Source: Candidatus Latescibacterota bacterium
GTDB taxonomy: Bacteria > Latescibacterota > UBA2968 > UBA8231
Assembly (NCBI GenBank): GCA_964291625.2
Contig: OZ220089.1
Location: 2,656,001 to 2,720,000 of the forward strand
Direction of reading: 5' to 3'
DNA: 64,000 bases
The notes under the pieces are model-generated. The model made no database searches, was not told the origin of the DNA, and worked only from the letters and a program-made list of their open reading frames with translations. A program made the position numbers and the translations under genes. How positions within the stretch are numbered: position 1 is the first letter of the stretch; each line of letters opens with the position of its first letter. Of the stretch, positions 1 through 10,871 are shown piece after piece.

Positions 1-1125
1 GTCGTGCGGGTCCTGGCCCCGGAGCCGGCCGATCTCGGCGAAGGAGCGGCCCGTCAGGTGGGCGTTGGCGTCGCCGGCGCTGCCGAGCCAGATGCGGTCC
101 CAGGTCCCCTCCTTCGCGAGGTTGCGCTTGCGGCTGCCGCCGCTCTCGGCCCCGTGGGCGAGGGTGTCGGCCTGGATGGCGCGGCGCTGCTCCGGGTCGC
201 GCAGCCGGCGCAGGAGCGCCTCGTCGCCGCCGTCGAGGGCCCAGGGCGGCAGCAGCGACTTCAGGGTCGTGGAGCCGATCGTGTAGGGGATGGCGTCGCA
301 GCTGACGTCGACGCCGCGCTGCCGCAGGGCGTCGAGGTCGGCCAGCAGGCCGGCGGTGGCGCCCAGCATGGGGGAGCCCGGCTGCATGTGGGAGACGTGT
401 CCGGCCACGCCGGCGCCCTCGGCCACGGCGGTCACCTCGGCCACGGCCTCGGCGATCCCCTTCGTCTGGTTGCGGATGTGGCTGGTGTAGATGCCGCCGA
501 AGGGGGCGATGACCTGCCCGAGGGCGACGAGCTCGTCCAGCGGCGCGTACGGCCCGGGGGCGTAGGCCAGGCCGCTGGACAGGCCGACGGCGCCGTCCTC
601 CATGGCCCGGGCGGTGAGCTGCCTCATGCGCTCCAGCTCCGCCGGCGTCGCCTCGCGGTCGTCCCAGCCCATGGCCGCCACGCGCACGTTCCCGTGGCCC
701 ACGAGGGCGGCCACGTTGGTGCCGATCCCCTGGTCCTCGAGGCGGGCGAAGTAGCCGTCGAAGCCGGTCCAGTCGCACTCGAGGCCGCGGGTCATGGCCG
801 GATCCAGGGGCCCGTAGTAGGGCTCGTGGTCGCGGGTGGGGGCCGCCGAGACCCCGCAGTTGCCGACGACCTGGGTGGTGATCCCCTGGGCCACGGAGGA
901 GGAGGCGCGCCCCTCCAGGAGGAGGGTGAGGTCGGAGTGGGTGTGGATGTCGATGAAGCCCGGGGCGACGAAGCGCCCGGAGGCGTCGATGGTGGACCCG
1001 GCCGAGGACCCGGCGAGATCGCCGACGGCGGCGACCCGGCCGTCCTGGACGGCCACGTCGGCGGCGCGCGCCGGGGCGCCGGTGCCGTCGAGGAGACGGC
1101 CTCCGGTGACGAGCAGATCGTACAC
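1..1125 (-). CDS. N-acyl-D-amino-acid deacylase family amidohydrolase (partial, runs off window start)
   Basis: Not in the ORF track; translated by hand from GTG at 1125: VYDLLVTGGRLLDGTGAP...PGFIDIHTHSDL...QGITTQVVGNCG. These are the family HxH and GNCG motifs; it starts just after the acs stop. Confidence 0.88.
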   Translation of the reverse strand, partial: MYDLLVTGGRLLDGTGAPARAADVAVQDGRVAAVGDLAGSSAGSTIDASGRFVAPGFIDIHTHSDLTLLLEGRASSSVAQGITTQVVGNCGVSAAPTRDHEPYYGPLDPAMTRGLECDWTGFDGYFARLEDQGIGTNVAALVGHGNVRVAAMGWDDREATPAELERMRQLTARAMEDGAVGLSSGLAYAPGPYAPLDELVALGQVIAPFGGIYTSHIRNQTKGIAEAVAEVTAVAEGAGVAGHVSHMQPGSPMLGATAGLLADLDALRQRGVDVSCDAIPYTIGSTTLKSLLPPWALDGGDEALLRRLRDPEQRRAIQADTLAHGAESGGSRKRNLAKEGTWDRIWLGSAGDANAHLTGRSFAEIGRLRGQDPHD

Positions 1126-1129
1126 GGGA

Positions 1130-3100
<1,971 letters not shown>

Positions 3101-3162
3101 GGGGAGATGGCTCCTTGCTGGGGATTCCGGTGAAGCCGGGGTAATATCCGCAGACCCCGACC

Positions 3163-3737
3163 TCAGGAAAAGAGGCGCCGCCGCAGCCACATGAGACCCA
3201 CCAGGGTCTTGGCGTCGGCGATCCGTCCGGCGTCCAGGGCGGCCCAGACCTCCTCCTCCGGCCACTCCAGGACCTCGATGCTCTCGCCCTCCTCCTCGAG
3301 CCCGCCGCCGGGGCCGCGGCGGCGGCCGGCGCTCACCGGCGCGTAGTAGAGAAGATCCGCTCCGAGGACCCGCCCGGGGTGAGGTAGAAGCTGCCGATCG
3401 GCTCCAGGCGGTCCACCTCGTAGCCGGCTTCCTCCAGGCACTCGGCGCGGGCCACATCCTCGGGGTCCTGGCCCCGGGAGACCGTCCCCGCCACCAGCTC
3501 GTGCAGCCAGCCCGGACCCTTGTCCCAGGTGGAGAAGCGGAACTGGCGCACCAGCACGACGACGCGGCGCTCGGGGTCGTGGAGCACCACCGCCGCCCCG
3601 TCGCCGCGGTCGACGTTGAGCCGCGTCAGGGGCGGGCTCATGGAGCCGTCGGGACGCTCGTGGCTGAGGTCGACCTCCTCGACGCTGAAGAAGCGGTCGA
3701 GCAGGGTCCGGCGGCCGTGGACCTCGACGCGGCCCAT
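3163..3737 (-). pseudogene. NUDIX hydrolase (ADP-ribose/GDP-mannose pyrophosphatase-like), frameshifted near 3350
   Basis: N-half with Nudix box ([23 protein letters not shown]...[12 protein letters not shown]) is in one frame and C-half (LYYAPV...EGESIEV...IADAKTL) in another; one C is missing in ATCTTC(C)TCTAC. Possibly a sequencing error. Confidence 0.8.
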
Positions 3738-3739
3738 CC

Positions 3740-4966
3740 TCAGGCGACGCCGCCGAGGATCTGCACCGTCACGGCCTCGCCCGCGGCGGCGGCCTGGTCC
3801 GGGTCGAGGACGACGATGCCGTTGGCCCCGAGCATGGAGGTGAGGATGTGGGAGCCCTGGGCCCGGTGCGAGGTGCTGGCCGTCAGGCGGCCGCCGCCGT
3901 CGAGGCGCAGCCGCGCCCGCAGGAAGTTGCGGCGGTCGCCGTCGTTGGCCACGTCGTGCTCCATGAGGGCCGTGCTCTCCGGCAGGGGCCAGCGCTCCGG
4001 CGGGTGGCCGGCGGCCTTGCGCACGGCGGGGCCGACGAACTGGAGGAAGGAGATCAGGCTCGACACGGGATTCCCCGGCAGGCCGAAGTAGGGCTTGCCC
4101 CGGAGCATGCAGAAGAACAGGGGCTTGCCAGGCTTCATGGCCACGCGCCACAGCACCTCCTCGGCGCCGAGGTCGTCGAGGACCTTCTTCACGTAGTCGT
4201 ACTCGCCCACGGAGACGCCGCCGGAGGAGACCACGAAGTCGCAGGCGAGGGCGGTCTCCACCGAGGCGCGGATGGCGGCCTCGTCGTCGGCCACCGTCGG
4301 CAGCAGCACCGGCTCGGCGCCGCAGGCGCGGGCCACGGCTCCGAGGGCGGGGGTGTTGCTGTTGACGATCTGTCCCGGCCCCCGGGGCTGGTCGATCTCG
4401 ACCAGCTCGTCGCCCGAGGAGAGGACGGCCACCGTGGGCCGGCGGCCGACGGGGACGAAGCTCTGCTGCACCGCCGCGAGGACCCCCACCTCGCCGGGGC
4501 CGAGCTCGACGCCGGCGCGGATCAGGGGCTCGCCCTCGCGCATGTCCTCGCCGCGGCGGCGGATGTTGGCGCCCTCCTCGTCCTCCGGAACCAGGACGTC
4601 GACGCGGTCGCCGTGGTCGCGGGTGTCCTCCACGCGGATCACCGTGTCGCAGCCCTCGGGGACCGGCGCGCCGGTCATGATGCGGCTCGCCTGACCGGCC
4701 TCCAGCCGCTTCTCCGGGACGCGGCCGGCGGGGATGTCCTCGATCACCGGCAGGGTCGCCGGGCTCTCCTTGGTGGCGGCGCCGACGTCGGCGAAGCGCA
4801 CGGCGAAGCCGTCCATGGCCGAGTTGTCGTGGGGGGGGTTGTCGTACGGGGCCGCCACGTCGGCGGCCAGGACCCGGCCGAGGGCCCCGGTGAGGGCGAC
4901 GCGCTCCGCTCCCAGGGGGCGGACGCGCTCCAGGACGGCGGCGCGCGCCTCCTCGACGGTGAGCAT
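3740..4966 (-). CDS. moeA: Molybdopterin molybdotransferase MoeA
   Basis: NSAMDGFA, RIMTGAPVP, SGDEL, SGGVSVG, KPGKP and LPGNPVS motifs. Confidence 0.96.
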   Translation of the reverse strand: MLTVEEARAAVLERVRPLGAERVALTGALGRVLAADVAAPYDNPPHDNSAMDGFAVRFADVGAATKESPATLPVIEDIPAGRVPEKRLEAGQASRIMTGAPVPEGCDTVIRVEDTRDHGDRVDVLVPEDEEGANIRRRGEDMREGEPLIRAGVELGPGEVGVLAAVQQSFVPVGRRPTVAVLSSGDELVEIDQPRGPGQIVNSNTPALGAVARACGAEPVLLPTVADDEAAIRASVETALACDFVVSSGGVSVGEYDYVKKVLDDLGAEEVLWRVAMKPGKPLFFCMLRGKPYFGLPGNPVSSLISFLQFVGPAVRKAAGHPPERWPLPESTALMEHDVANDGDRRNFLRARLRLDGGGRLTASTSHRAQGSHILTSMLGANGIVVLDPDQAAAAGEAVTVQILGGVA

Positions 4967-4997
4967 GGGTTGCTGGTGAGGTGCCGGCCGGGGCGGC

Positions 4998-5579
4998 CTA
5001 GGCGGGGGCCCTGTAGTAGGGGTTCTTGCCGTTGGCGTGGTCGGTGACGTCGTAGATCTCCTCGATCTCGGGCACCGACTCCTTGATCATCACCTCGATG
5101 CCCTGCTTGAGGGTGACGTCGGCCATGCCGCAGCCCTGGCAGCCGCCTTCGAGCTGGAGGTAGACGGTCTTCTCCTTCAGGTCGATCAGGGAGACCCGGC
5201 CCCCGTGGCCGGAGACGGCGGGGTTGATCTTCTCGTCGAGGACGTGCTGCACCCGGTCGAGGAGGGTGCCGTCGACGCCCTCGGGCAGGGTGCGGGGCCG
5301 CTCGATCTTGAATCCGGAGCCCATCAGGCCCTCGACGTAGTCGACGGTGGCCTCCTGCACGTTGTCGCCGCTGTCGGGGTCGACGTAGACGTCGAAACCG
5401 TCGTAGGGGATGACGGTGTCGTCGTCGCCCTCCTGGCCCTCGGCGATGAAGGCCATCCGGTAGTCGACTTTGAGGGGGGAGACGGAGGTCGCGCCGATGC
5501 GCAGGCCTTTGACCGGGTTGGGGCTCTTGCCGATGAGCTCGAGGATCTTGCTCTGCGCGAGGTCGGTAATCGTCAACAT
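4998..5579 (-). CDS. nfuA: Fe-S cluster carrier NfuA (degenerate A-type domain + NifU C-terminal domain)
   Basis: N-terminal MLTITDLA ATC-like domain; INPAVSGHGG...GGCQGCGMADVTLKQGIE...DVTDH NifU motif. Confidence 0.93.
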   Translation of the reverse strand: MLTITDLAQSKILELIGKSPNPVKGLRIGATSVSPLKVDYRMAFIAEGQEGDDDTVIPYDGFDVYVDPDSGDNVQEATVDYVEGLMGSGFKIERPRTLPEGVDGTLLDRVQHVLDEKINPAVSGHGGRVSLIDLKEKTVYLQLEGGCQGCGMADVTLKQGIEVMIKESVPEIEEIYDVTDHANGKNPYYRAPA

Positions 5580-5679
5580 GGCCGGGGATTCACCAGGGTC
5601 CGGGTCGGGGGTTGCTGCTGTGGATGAGTGAACCTGAATTTACCTTCGAGGTGGGGTTCGTCAACGAAAGGCTTGAGAT

Positions 5680-6009
5680 ATGAGACAGAGCCTGGAGCAG
5701 ATCCTGGAGGACTCGCGCTCGGAGGACGCGCTCCTGCGCCGGAGCGCCGCCCGCGAGTTGTGCCCCTGCGAGCTGAAGGCCGACCACCCCGAGGCCTGGT
5801 CCCGCGTCTTCGAGCTCACCCGGGACGACGACGCCCAGGTGCGGCGCATCGCCTTCCACACCCTCACCGACGGGTCGCCGCGGCAGCGCGAGGCCGACGT
5901 GCTGGCCGCCCTCGAGGGCATGTACGACGATCCCGATCTCCGCCTGCGGCGCAGCGTCCGCCAGCGCCTCGCCAGGTACCGCCGCTCCGGCCGGATCAAC
6001 CACCACTAG
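5680..6009 (+). CDS. Small HEAT-repeat protein
   Basis: 109 aa with repeated D..VR..A helical units (DALLRRSAA, DAQVRRIA, DLRLRRSV) and a CPC motif. Confidence 0.7.
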   Translation: MRQSLEQILEDSRSEDALLRRSAARELCPCELKADHPEAWSRVFELTRDDDAQVRRIAFHTLTDGSPRQREADVLAALEGMYDDPDLRLRRSVRQRLARYRRSGRINHH

Positions 6010-6064
6010 AAGGGCCCTCCCGGGGGGCCTTGCCGCTCTCCGGGGGCCGGTTGATCTTTCCGGC

Positions 6065-6955
6065 ATGAGCGAGCTCACCCGCCGCACCCTGGGCCGCACG
6101 GGCCTGGAGGTCACCCAGCTCGGCTTCGGGGCCGCCGAGCGCGGACTGCCCGATTCGGCGGACTTCGACGCCCGGGCCGCCGCCGTCCTGAACGCCGCCC
6201 TCGACGCGGGCGTCAACCTCATCGACACGGCCCCCGACTACGGCGCCAGCGAGGAGCGCATCGGCCGCTACGTCGGCCACCGCCGGCGCGAGTTCCACCT
6301 GGCCACCAAGTGCGGCTGCAACATCGACGGCGACGGCAACCGCCTGGACCCGGGCCACCTGTGGACCGCCGACCGCCTGCGCTCCAACATCGACCAGAGC
6401 CTCCGCCGCCTGCGGACCGACTGCGTCGACCTGCTGCAGATGCACAATCCCACCGTGGAGGATGTCGAGCGGGGAGGGCTGGTCGAGGCCCTGGAGGAGA
6501 TCCGCGGCGCCGGCAAGGCGCGCTTCATCGGCGTCTCCTCCACGAACCCGCACCTGGCCGCCTTCGTCGCCTCCGGCGCCTTCGACGTCTTCCAGATCCC
6601 CTATTCCGCCCTCGAGCGCGAGCACGAGACGATGATCCAGGAAGCGGCCGACGCCGGCGCCGGGATCCTCGTCCGGGGCGGCATCAGCCTGGGGCACCGG
6701 GCCAACGAGGGGCGCCGGGCGACCTGGGAGAGGGCGGGCCTCGAGGAGCTCGCCGGCGGCATGAGCCGACACGAGTTCATCCTGCGATTCACCCTCGCCC
6801 ACCCGGCGTGCCACACCACGATCGTGGGGACCACCAACCTCGACCACATGCGGTCGAACCTTGACGCCGCCCGGGCCGGCCCCCTGCCGCCCGATCTCTA
6901 CGCCGAGGCCCGGGCGCGGCTGGCGGGCATCGGCGAGGTTCCGGAGGACGCGTGA
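6065..6955 (+). CDS. Aldo/keto reductase
   Basis: RRTLGRTGLEVT, IDTAPDYG, LATKCG, SLRRLRTDCVDLLQMH, GKARFIGVS. Confidence 0.92.
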   Translation: MSELTRRTLGRTGLEVTQLGFGAAERGLPDSADFDARAAAVLNAALDAGVNLIDTAPDYGASEERIGRYVGHRRREFHLATKCGCNIDGDGNRLDPGHLWTADRLRSNIDQSLRRLRTDCVDLLQMHNPTVEDVERGGLVEALEEIRGAGKARFIGVSSTNPHLAAFVASGAFDVFQIPYSALEREHETMIQEAADAGAGILVRGGISLGHRANEGRRATWERAGLEELAGGMSRHEFILRFTLAHPACHTTIVGTTNLDHMRSNLDAARAGPLPPDLYAEARARLAGIGEVPEDA

Positions 6956-8031
6956 TCAACGAGCACGACGCCGGCCGGCGGGCGGAGCTGCGGGCGGCCG
7001 TGGAGGCCATGCCTCGGGTCGGACTGGCGGCCCTTCCAACCCCTTTCGAGCCCTGCCCTGGCCTGACCAAGGCGCTGGGGGGCCCGCAGTTGTGGGCCAA
7101 GCGGGACGACCTCACGGGCCTGGCCGCCGGCGGCAACAAGACTCGCATGTTCGAGTTCGTCCTGGGCCAAGCCGTGGAGGACGGGGTCGACACCGTCGTC
7201 GGCGGGGCGGCGGTGCAGTCGAACTACTGCCGCCAGCTGGCCGCCGCCTGCTCGCGCCTCGGCCTCGAGTGCCACCTGGTGCTGCGCAAGGTCCGCGGCG
7301 AGCGGGACCGCGAGGTGCAGGGCGGCCTGCTTCTCGATCTGCTCGTCGGCGCGCGGGTGGAGCTGGTCGAGGACGAGGGGAGCTGGGAGAGTCTCGGAGC
7401 CCGCATCCGCGAGAAGGGGCGGCAGCTGACCGCGGCCGGGCGCAAGGTCCATGTCGCCCGCGTCGGCGACGAGTCCGGCATCGGGCTGTCGGCGGTGGGC
7501 TACGTGGCCGCCACCCTGGAGCTGCTCGACCAGGCCGAGGCCGCCGGGGTCCGCATCGACGAGATCTGGCTCTGCTCCACCGACTCCACGCAGGCCGGCA
7601 TCGCCCTGGCCCTGAAGCACCTGCGCTCGCCGATCCGCCTGGTGGGCCTGCCGGCCCTGCCGGAGCCGGTGACCTCGGGCTGGACCTTCGAGGAGTGCCT
7701 CTCGTCGGTGGCCAACGAGTGCGGGTCCATCCTCGGCCTGGGGACCACGGTCGAGCCGTCGGAGATGGTCAGCAAGGTCGATTACGTCGGCCCCGGGTAC
7801 GCCGTCCTCACCGAAGGGGCCCGCGAGGCGATGCTGCTGGCGGGCCGGCACGAAGGCCTGCTCCTCGATCCGGTCTACACCTCCAAGGCCATGGCGGGCC
7901 TGATCGACCACGTCCGGCGGGGCCTCATCCCCGCCGAAGGCAACGTCGTTTTCCTGCACACGGGGGGGCTCCCCGCCCTCTTCGCGTACGCCGATTCCCT
8001 CGGTCTCGACGAGGCCCTGAAGTCGGGCTGA
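6952..8031 (+). CDS. PLP-dependent D-cysteine desulfhydrase / ACC deaminase family protein
   Basis: KRDDLTGLAAGGNKTR (PLP lysine), QSNY, EGLLLDPVYTSKAM, FLHTGG; GTG start overlaps the upstream stop. Confidence 0.92.
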   Translation: MINEHDAGRRAELRAAVEAMPRVGLAALPTPFEPCPGLTKALGGPQLWAKRDDLTGLAAGGNKTRMFEFVLGQAVEDGVDTVVGGAAVQSNYCRQLAAACSRLGLECHLVLRKVRGERDREVQGGLLLDLLVGARVELVEDEGSWESLGARIREKGRQLTAAGRKVHVARVGDESGIGLSAVGYVAATLELLDQAEAAGVRIDEIWLCSTDSTQAGIALALKHLRSPIRLVGLPALPEPVTSGWTFEECLSSVANECGSILGLGTTVEPSEMVSKVDYVGPGYAVLTEGAREAMLLAGRHEGLLLDPVYTSKAMAGLIDHVRRGLIPAEGNVVFLHTGGLPALFAYADSLGLDEALKSG

Positions 8032-8194
8032 TCCGGGCGCCGGTCCGCCGCCGGCGGGGCTCCTTCCGGAGGGCCGGTTTCTCTGGTGGCGGGGGGGGCG
8101 GGTCCGTAACTTGTCGAAGACCTCCGCTCTGCCCGGAGGTGCCCGGAGCAAGCAGCGTCTGGCCCGACCCTTTCCCTACATCGAGGAGGATACC

Positions 8195-8656
8195 TTGCAG
8201 CGTCTCGAGAGAGGACTGATCGCGTCCCTGCTGACAGGGGTTCTCCTGGCGGCGGGTTGCGGCGGGGACGATCCCGTGGAGCCGGAACCCGAGGCCGCCC
8301 CGCCCGATCTCACGGGCACCTATGCCCTCCAGTCCTTCGCATCCGCCGCTCTCACGGCCGGGAACCCGCTGACCCCGCCCGACGTGAGCGGCATGTTCAC
8401 CGTGGAGCGGACATCCGTGGCGGGCGGCGAAGCCGCCGGGACTTTCGAGATGACGGTCTCGGTCCCCGACAGCGAGGGTGGAACCACTACGATCGTGGAC
8501 CAGGGGACCTACAGGAATTACATGGACGGCCAGTTGGAGCAGGTCGGCGAGTTGTGGCAGACCCGAGGGACCTACGAGATCGACGGCAATACCCTGACGA
8601 TCGAGGTCGCCGAGCCCGTCCTCGCCCTCTCGAAGACGGTCTGGCAGCGGCAGTAG
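8195..8656 (+). CDS. Putative lipoprotein (beta-rich, lipocalin-like)
   Basis: TTG start after GAGGAGG; hydrophobic stretch ending in lipobox LAAGC; DLTGTY and GTY motifs. Confidence 0.65.
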   Translation: MQRLERGLIASLLTGVLLAAGCGGDDPVEPEPEAAPPDLTGTYALQSFASAALTAGNPLTPPDVSGMFTVERTSVAGGEAAGTFEMTVSVPDSEGGTTTIVDQGTYRNYMDGQLEQVGELWQTRGTYEIDGNTLTIEVAEPVLALSKTVWQRQ

Positions 8657-8657
8657 A

Positions 8658-10823
8658 GTGACGCCCGGCCGCTTCCCATACTCGCGCCGGGTCTGCCTGG
8701 CCGCGCTCCTGGCCCCCCTCTGGCTGGGGGCCGGGGAGCCGACGACGATCCGCGGCCTCGTCGTCGACGGGGAGACGGGGGCGCCCGTCGCCGGCGCCCA
8801 GGTGCTGGTGCGCTCGACGCCGCTGGCGGCCCTGACGGACGAGGAGGGGCGCTTCGAGGTCGCCCCGCCCGGCGGCACGTACACCCTCGTCGTGGCGGCC
8901 GAGGGGTTCCGCACGGTCGAGGGCGTGATCGAGTCGGACCCGGAGGAGGACGGCCCCCTGCGGATCTCCCTGGAGCGGATGTTCTTCGAAGTCCCGGGCC
9001 TGACGGTCACGGCCAACCGCGGCACTTACCCCGGCGACGCTCCCACCTCCGTCGCCGTCATCACCGGCGACGAGCTGCAGCGGCGGGAGGCCACCAACCT
9101 GAACGAGGCCCTCCCCTTCGCACAGGGCGTGACCTTCAACGCCGGACAGATGGACATCCGCGGGTCCAGCGGCCTCTCCCGGGGCGTGGGCAGCCGGGTG
9201 CTCATGCTCCTCGACGGCCACCGGACGCTCTCGGGGGTGGGCTCGTCCATCGACTTCGCGGTCCTTCCGGTCCTCGACGTGGAACGCATCGAGATCGTCA
9301 AGGGGCCGCACTCGACCCTCTGGGGGACCAACGCCATGGGGGGCGTGGTCAACGTGATCACCCGGCCCCCGAGGCGGGAGGCCCGGACCGTGGTGCGCGG
9401 GTACTACGGCCTCTACGACACCCCCGCCGGCCAGCGCTTCGCCGACGGGCGTCTCGCCATGCAGGGGCTTCAGCTCCAGCACTCCCGGAGGATCGGGGAC
9501 GTCCACGCGGCGGTCTTCGCGGCGCGGGAGAGCTCCGACGGTTTTCGCCAGAACGGCGGTCTGGACGGCTGGCGGCTGCGGGGGAAGGCCGTCCTCGGGG
9601 ACTCGGCCACCCCGCTGAAACTGTTTGCGACCTGGAAGCGCGACGACATGGAGGAGTTCTTCACCTGGCTCTCCGGGGACCGCCGGCTGGAGATCGATCC
9701 CGACAACCTGGGCGACTGGAGGCGCGAGTCGGACCTGATCCTCGGTTTCACGGCCACGCCGCTGGTGACGCCCGGGCTCAAGCTCGAGCTGCGGCCCCAG
9801 ATCCAGCACTTCCGAGGCCGCAACTACTTCGGCGACCCGGACGACCCGGACCACAACGACGACTTCCACCGCTCCACGCGCTACGGCACCGATCTGCAGC
9901 TATCGGTCTTCACGGTGGGCCGGCACACGGTGACGGTGGGCGGCGAGGCGGCCTACACCGGCGTGGCGTCGAACTTCCTGGAGCCGAGCCCGGAGGTGAC
10001 CGATCTGGCCTTTTTCGGCCAGGACGAGATCGAGCTGGCCGAGGGGTTGCGGGGCTCGGTCGGAATCCGGCTGGACAGGCACAAGGCCTCCTCCGCCGAG
10101 AGGGACCTGACCCTCAACCCGAAGGTCGGGATCGTCTACCGCCCCTCCCCGCGTCTGAGCCTGCGCAGCTCGCTGAGCCGCGGCTACCGGGCGCCGAGCG
10201 TCTCCGAACAGTACACCTCGACGGTCGTCTTCGGTTTCCGGGTCGTGCCGAACTTGGAGCTGCGCGGCGAGTCCGCGTGGGCCGGGGAGGTCGGGGCCAC
10301 CGTGAGCCCCGGCGGCCGGCTCTGGCTCGACGCGGGCCTCTTCTGGAGCGAGTACTCCGGTCTGATCGAGGTAGCCGTCGCGCCCGACCAGCTCTACACC
10401 TTCCAGTTCCGGAACGTCGTCGAAGCCAGGATCCGGGGGATCGACACGGGGTTTCGCGCCGAGCTGGTCCCCGACAGGCTCGACTTCCAGACGAACTACC
10501 TCTTCCTCGATTCCACGGATCTGGGCACGGGCCGCAGGCTCGCCTACCGCTCGCGTCACGTCGTCACCACCACCCTCTCCGGCTGGGACGACGTGGTCGC
10601 CCTCGACGTGCGCTACCGCAGCCGGCCCGAGGCGGTCCTCCTCTACCCCCTCGACGAACGCAGCGCCTTCACCGTGGTCGACCTGCGGTTGAATCTCGAG
10701 GTCATGGGCATGGACCTGCAGGCCCGGGTCGACAACCTGCTTCAGGCCGAGTACGTGGACGTGCAGGAACGGAACCCGGGCGCCTCACGGAGCCTCCGCA
10801 CCACCCTCACCTCCCGCTTCTGA
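8658..10823 (+). CDS. TonB-dependent receptor with N-terminal carboxypeptidase-regulatory-like domain
   Basis: IRGLVVDGETGAPVAGA, plug motifs (DIRG, VLMLLDG, ERIEIVKGPHSTLWGTNAMGGVVNVIT), GYRAPS, C-terminal Phe. Confidence 0.93.
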   Translation: MTPGRFPYSRRVCLAALLAPLWLGAGEPTTIRGLVVDGETGAPVAGAQVLVRSTPLAALTDEEGRFEVAPPGGTYTLVVAAEGFRTVEGVIESDPEEDGPLRISLERMFFEVPGLTVTANRGTYPGDAPTSVAVITGDELQRREATNLNEALPFAQGVTFNAGQMDIRGSSGLSRGVGSRVLMLLDGHRTLSGVGSSIDFAVLPVLDVERIEIVKGPHSTLWGTNAMGGVVNVITRPPRREARTVVRGYYGLYDTPAGQRFADGRLAMQGLQLQHSRRIGDVHAAVFAARESSDGFRQNGGLDGWRLRGKAVLGDSATPLKLFATWKRDDMEEFFTWLSGDRRLEIDPDNLGDWRRESDLILGFTATPLVTPGLKLELRPQIQHFRGRNYFGDPDDPDHNDDFHRSTRYGTDLQLSVFTVGRHTVTVGGEAAYTGVASNFLEPSPEVTDLAFFGQDEIELAEGLRGSVGIRLDRHKASSAERDLTLNPKVGIVYRPSPRLSLRSSLSRGYRAPSVSEQYTSTVVFGFRVVPNLELRGESAWAGEVGATVSPGGRLWLDAGLFWSEYSGLIEVAVAPDQLYTFQFRNVVEARIRGIDTGFRAELVPDRLDFQTNYLFLDSTDLGTGRRLAYRSRHVVTTTLSGWDDVVALDVRYRSRPEAVLLYPLDERSAFTVVDLRLNLEVMGMDLQARVDNLLQAEYVDVQERNPGASRSLRTTLTSRF

Positions 10824-10871
10824 TCCCGCCGCGCAGGGCGGGCCCCTGACACCCGTCCCCGCGGACCGGGG

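Noticed and set aside
8032-8194. Cobalamin or other riboswitch before the lipoprotein/TonB receptor
   Set aside because: No B12 box or other recognisable aptamer; only generic GC hairpins.
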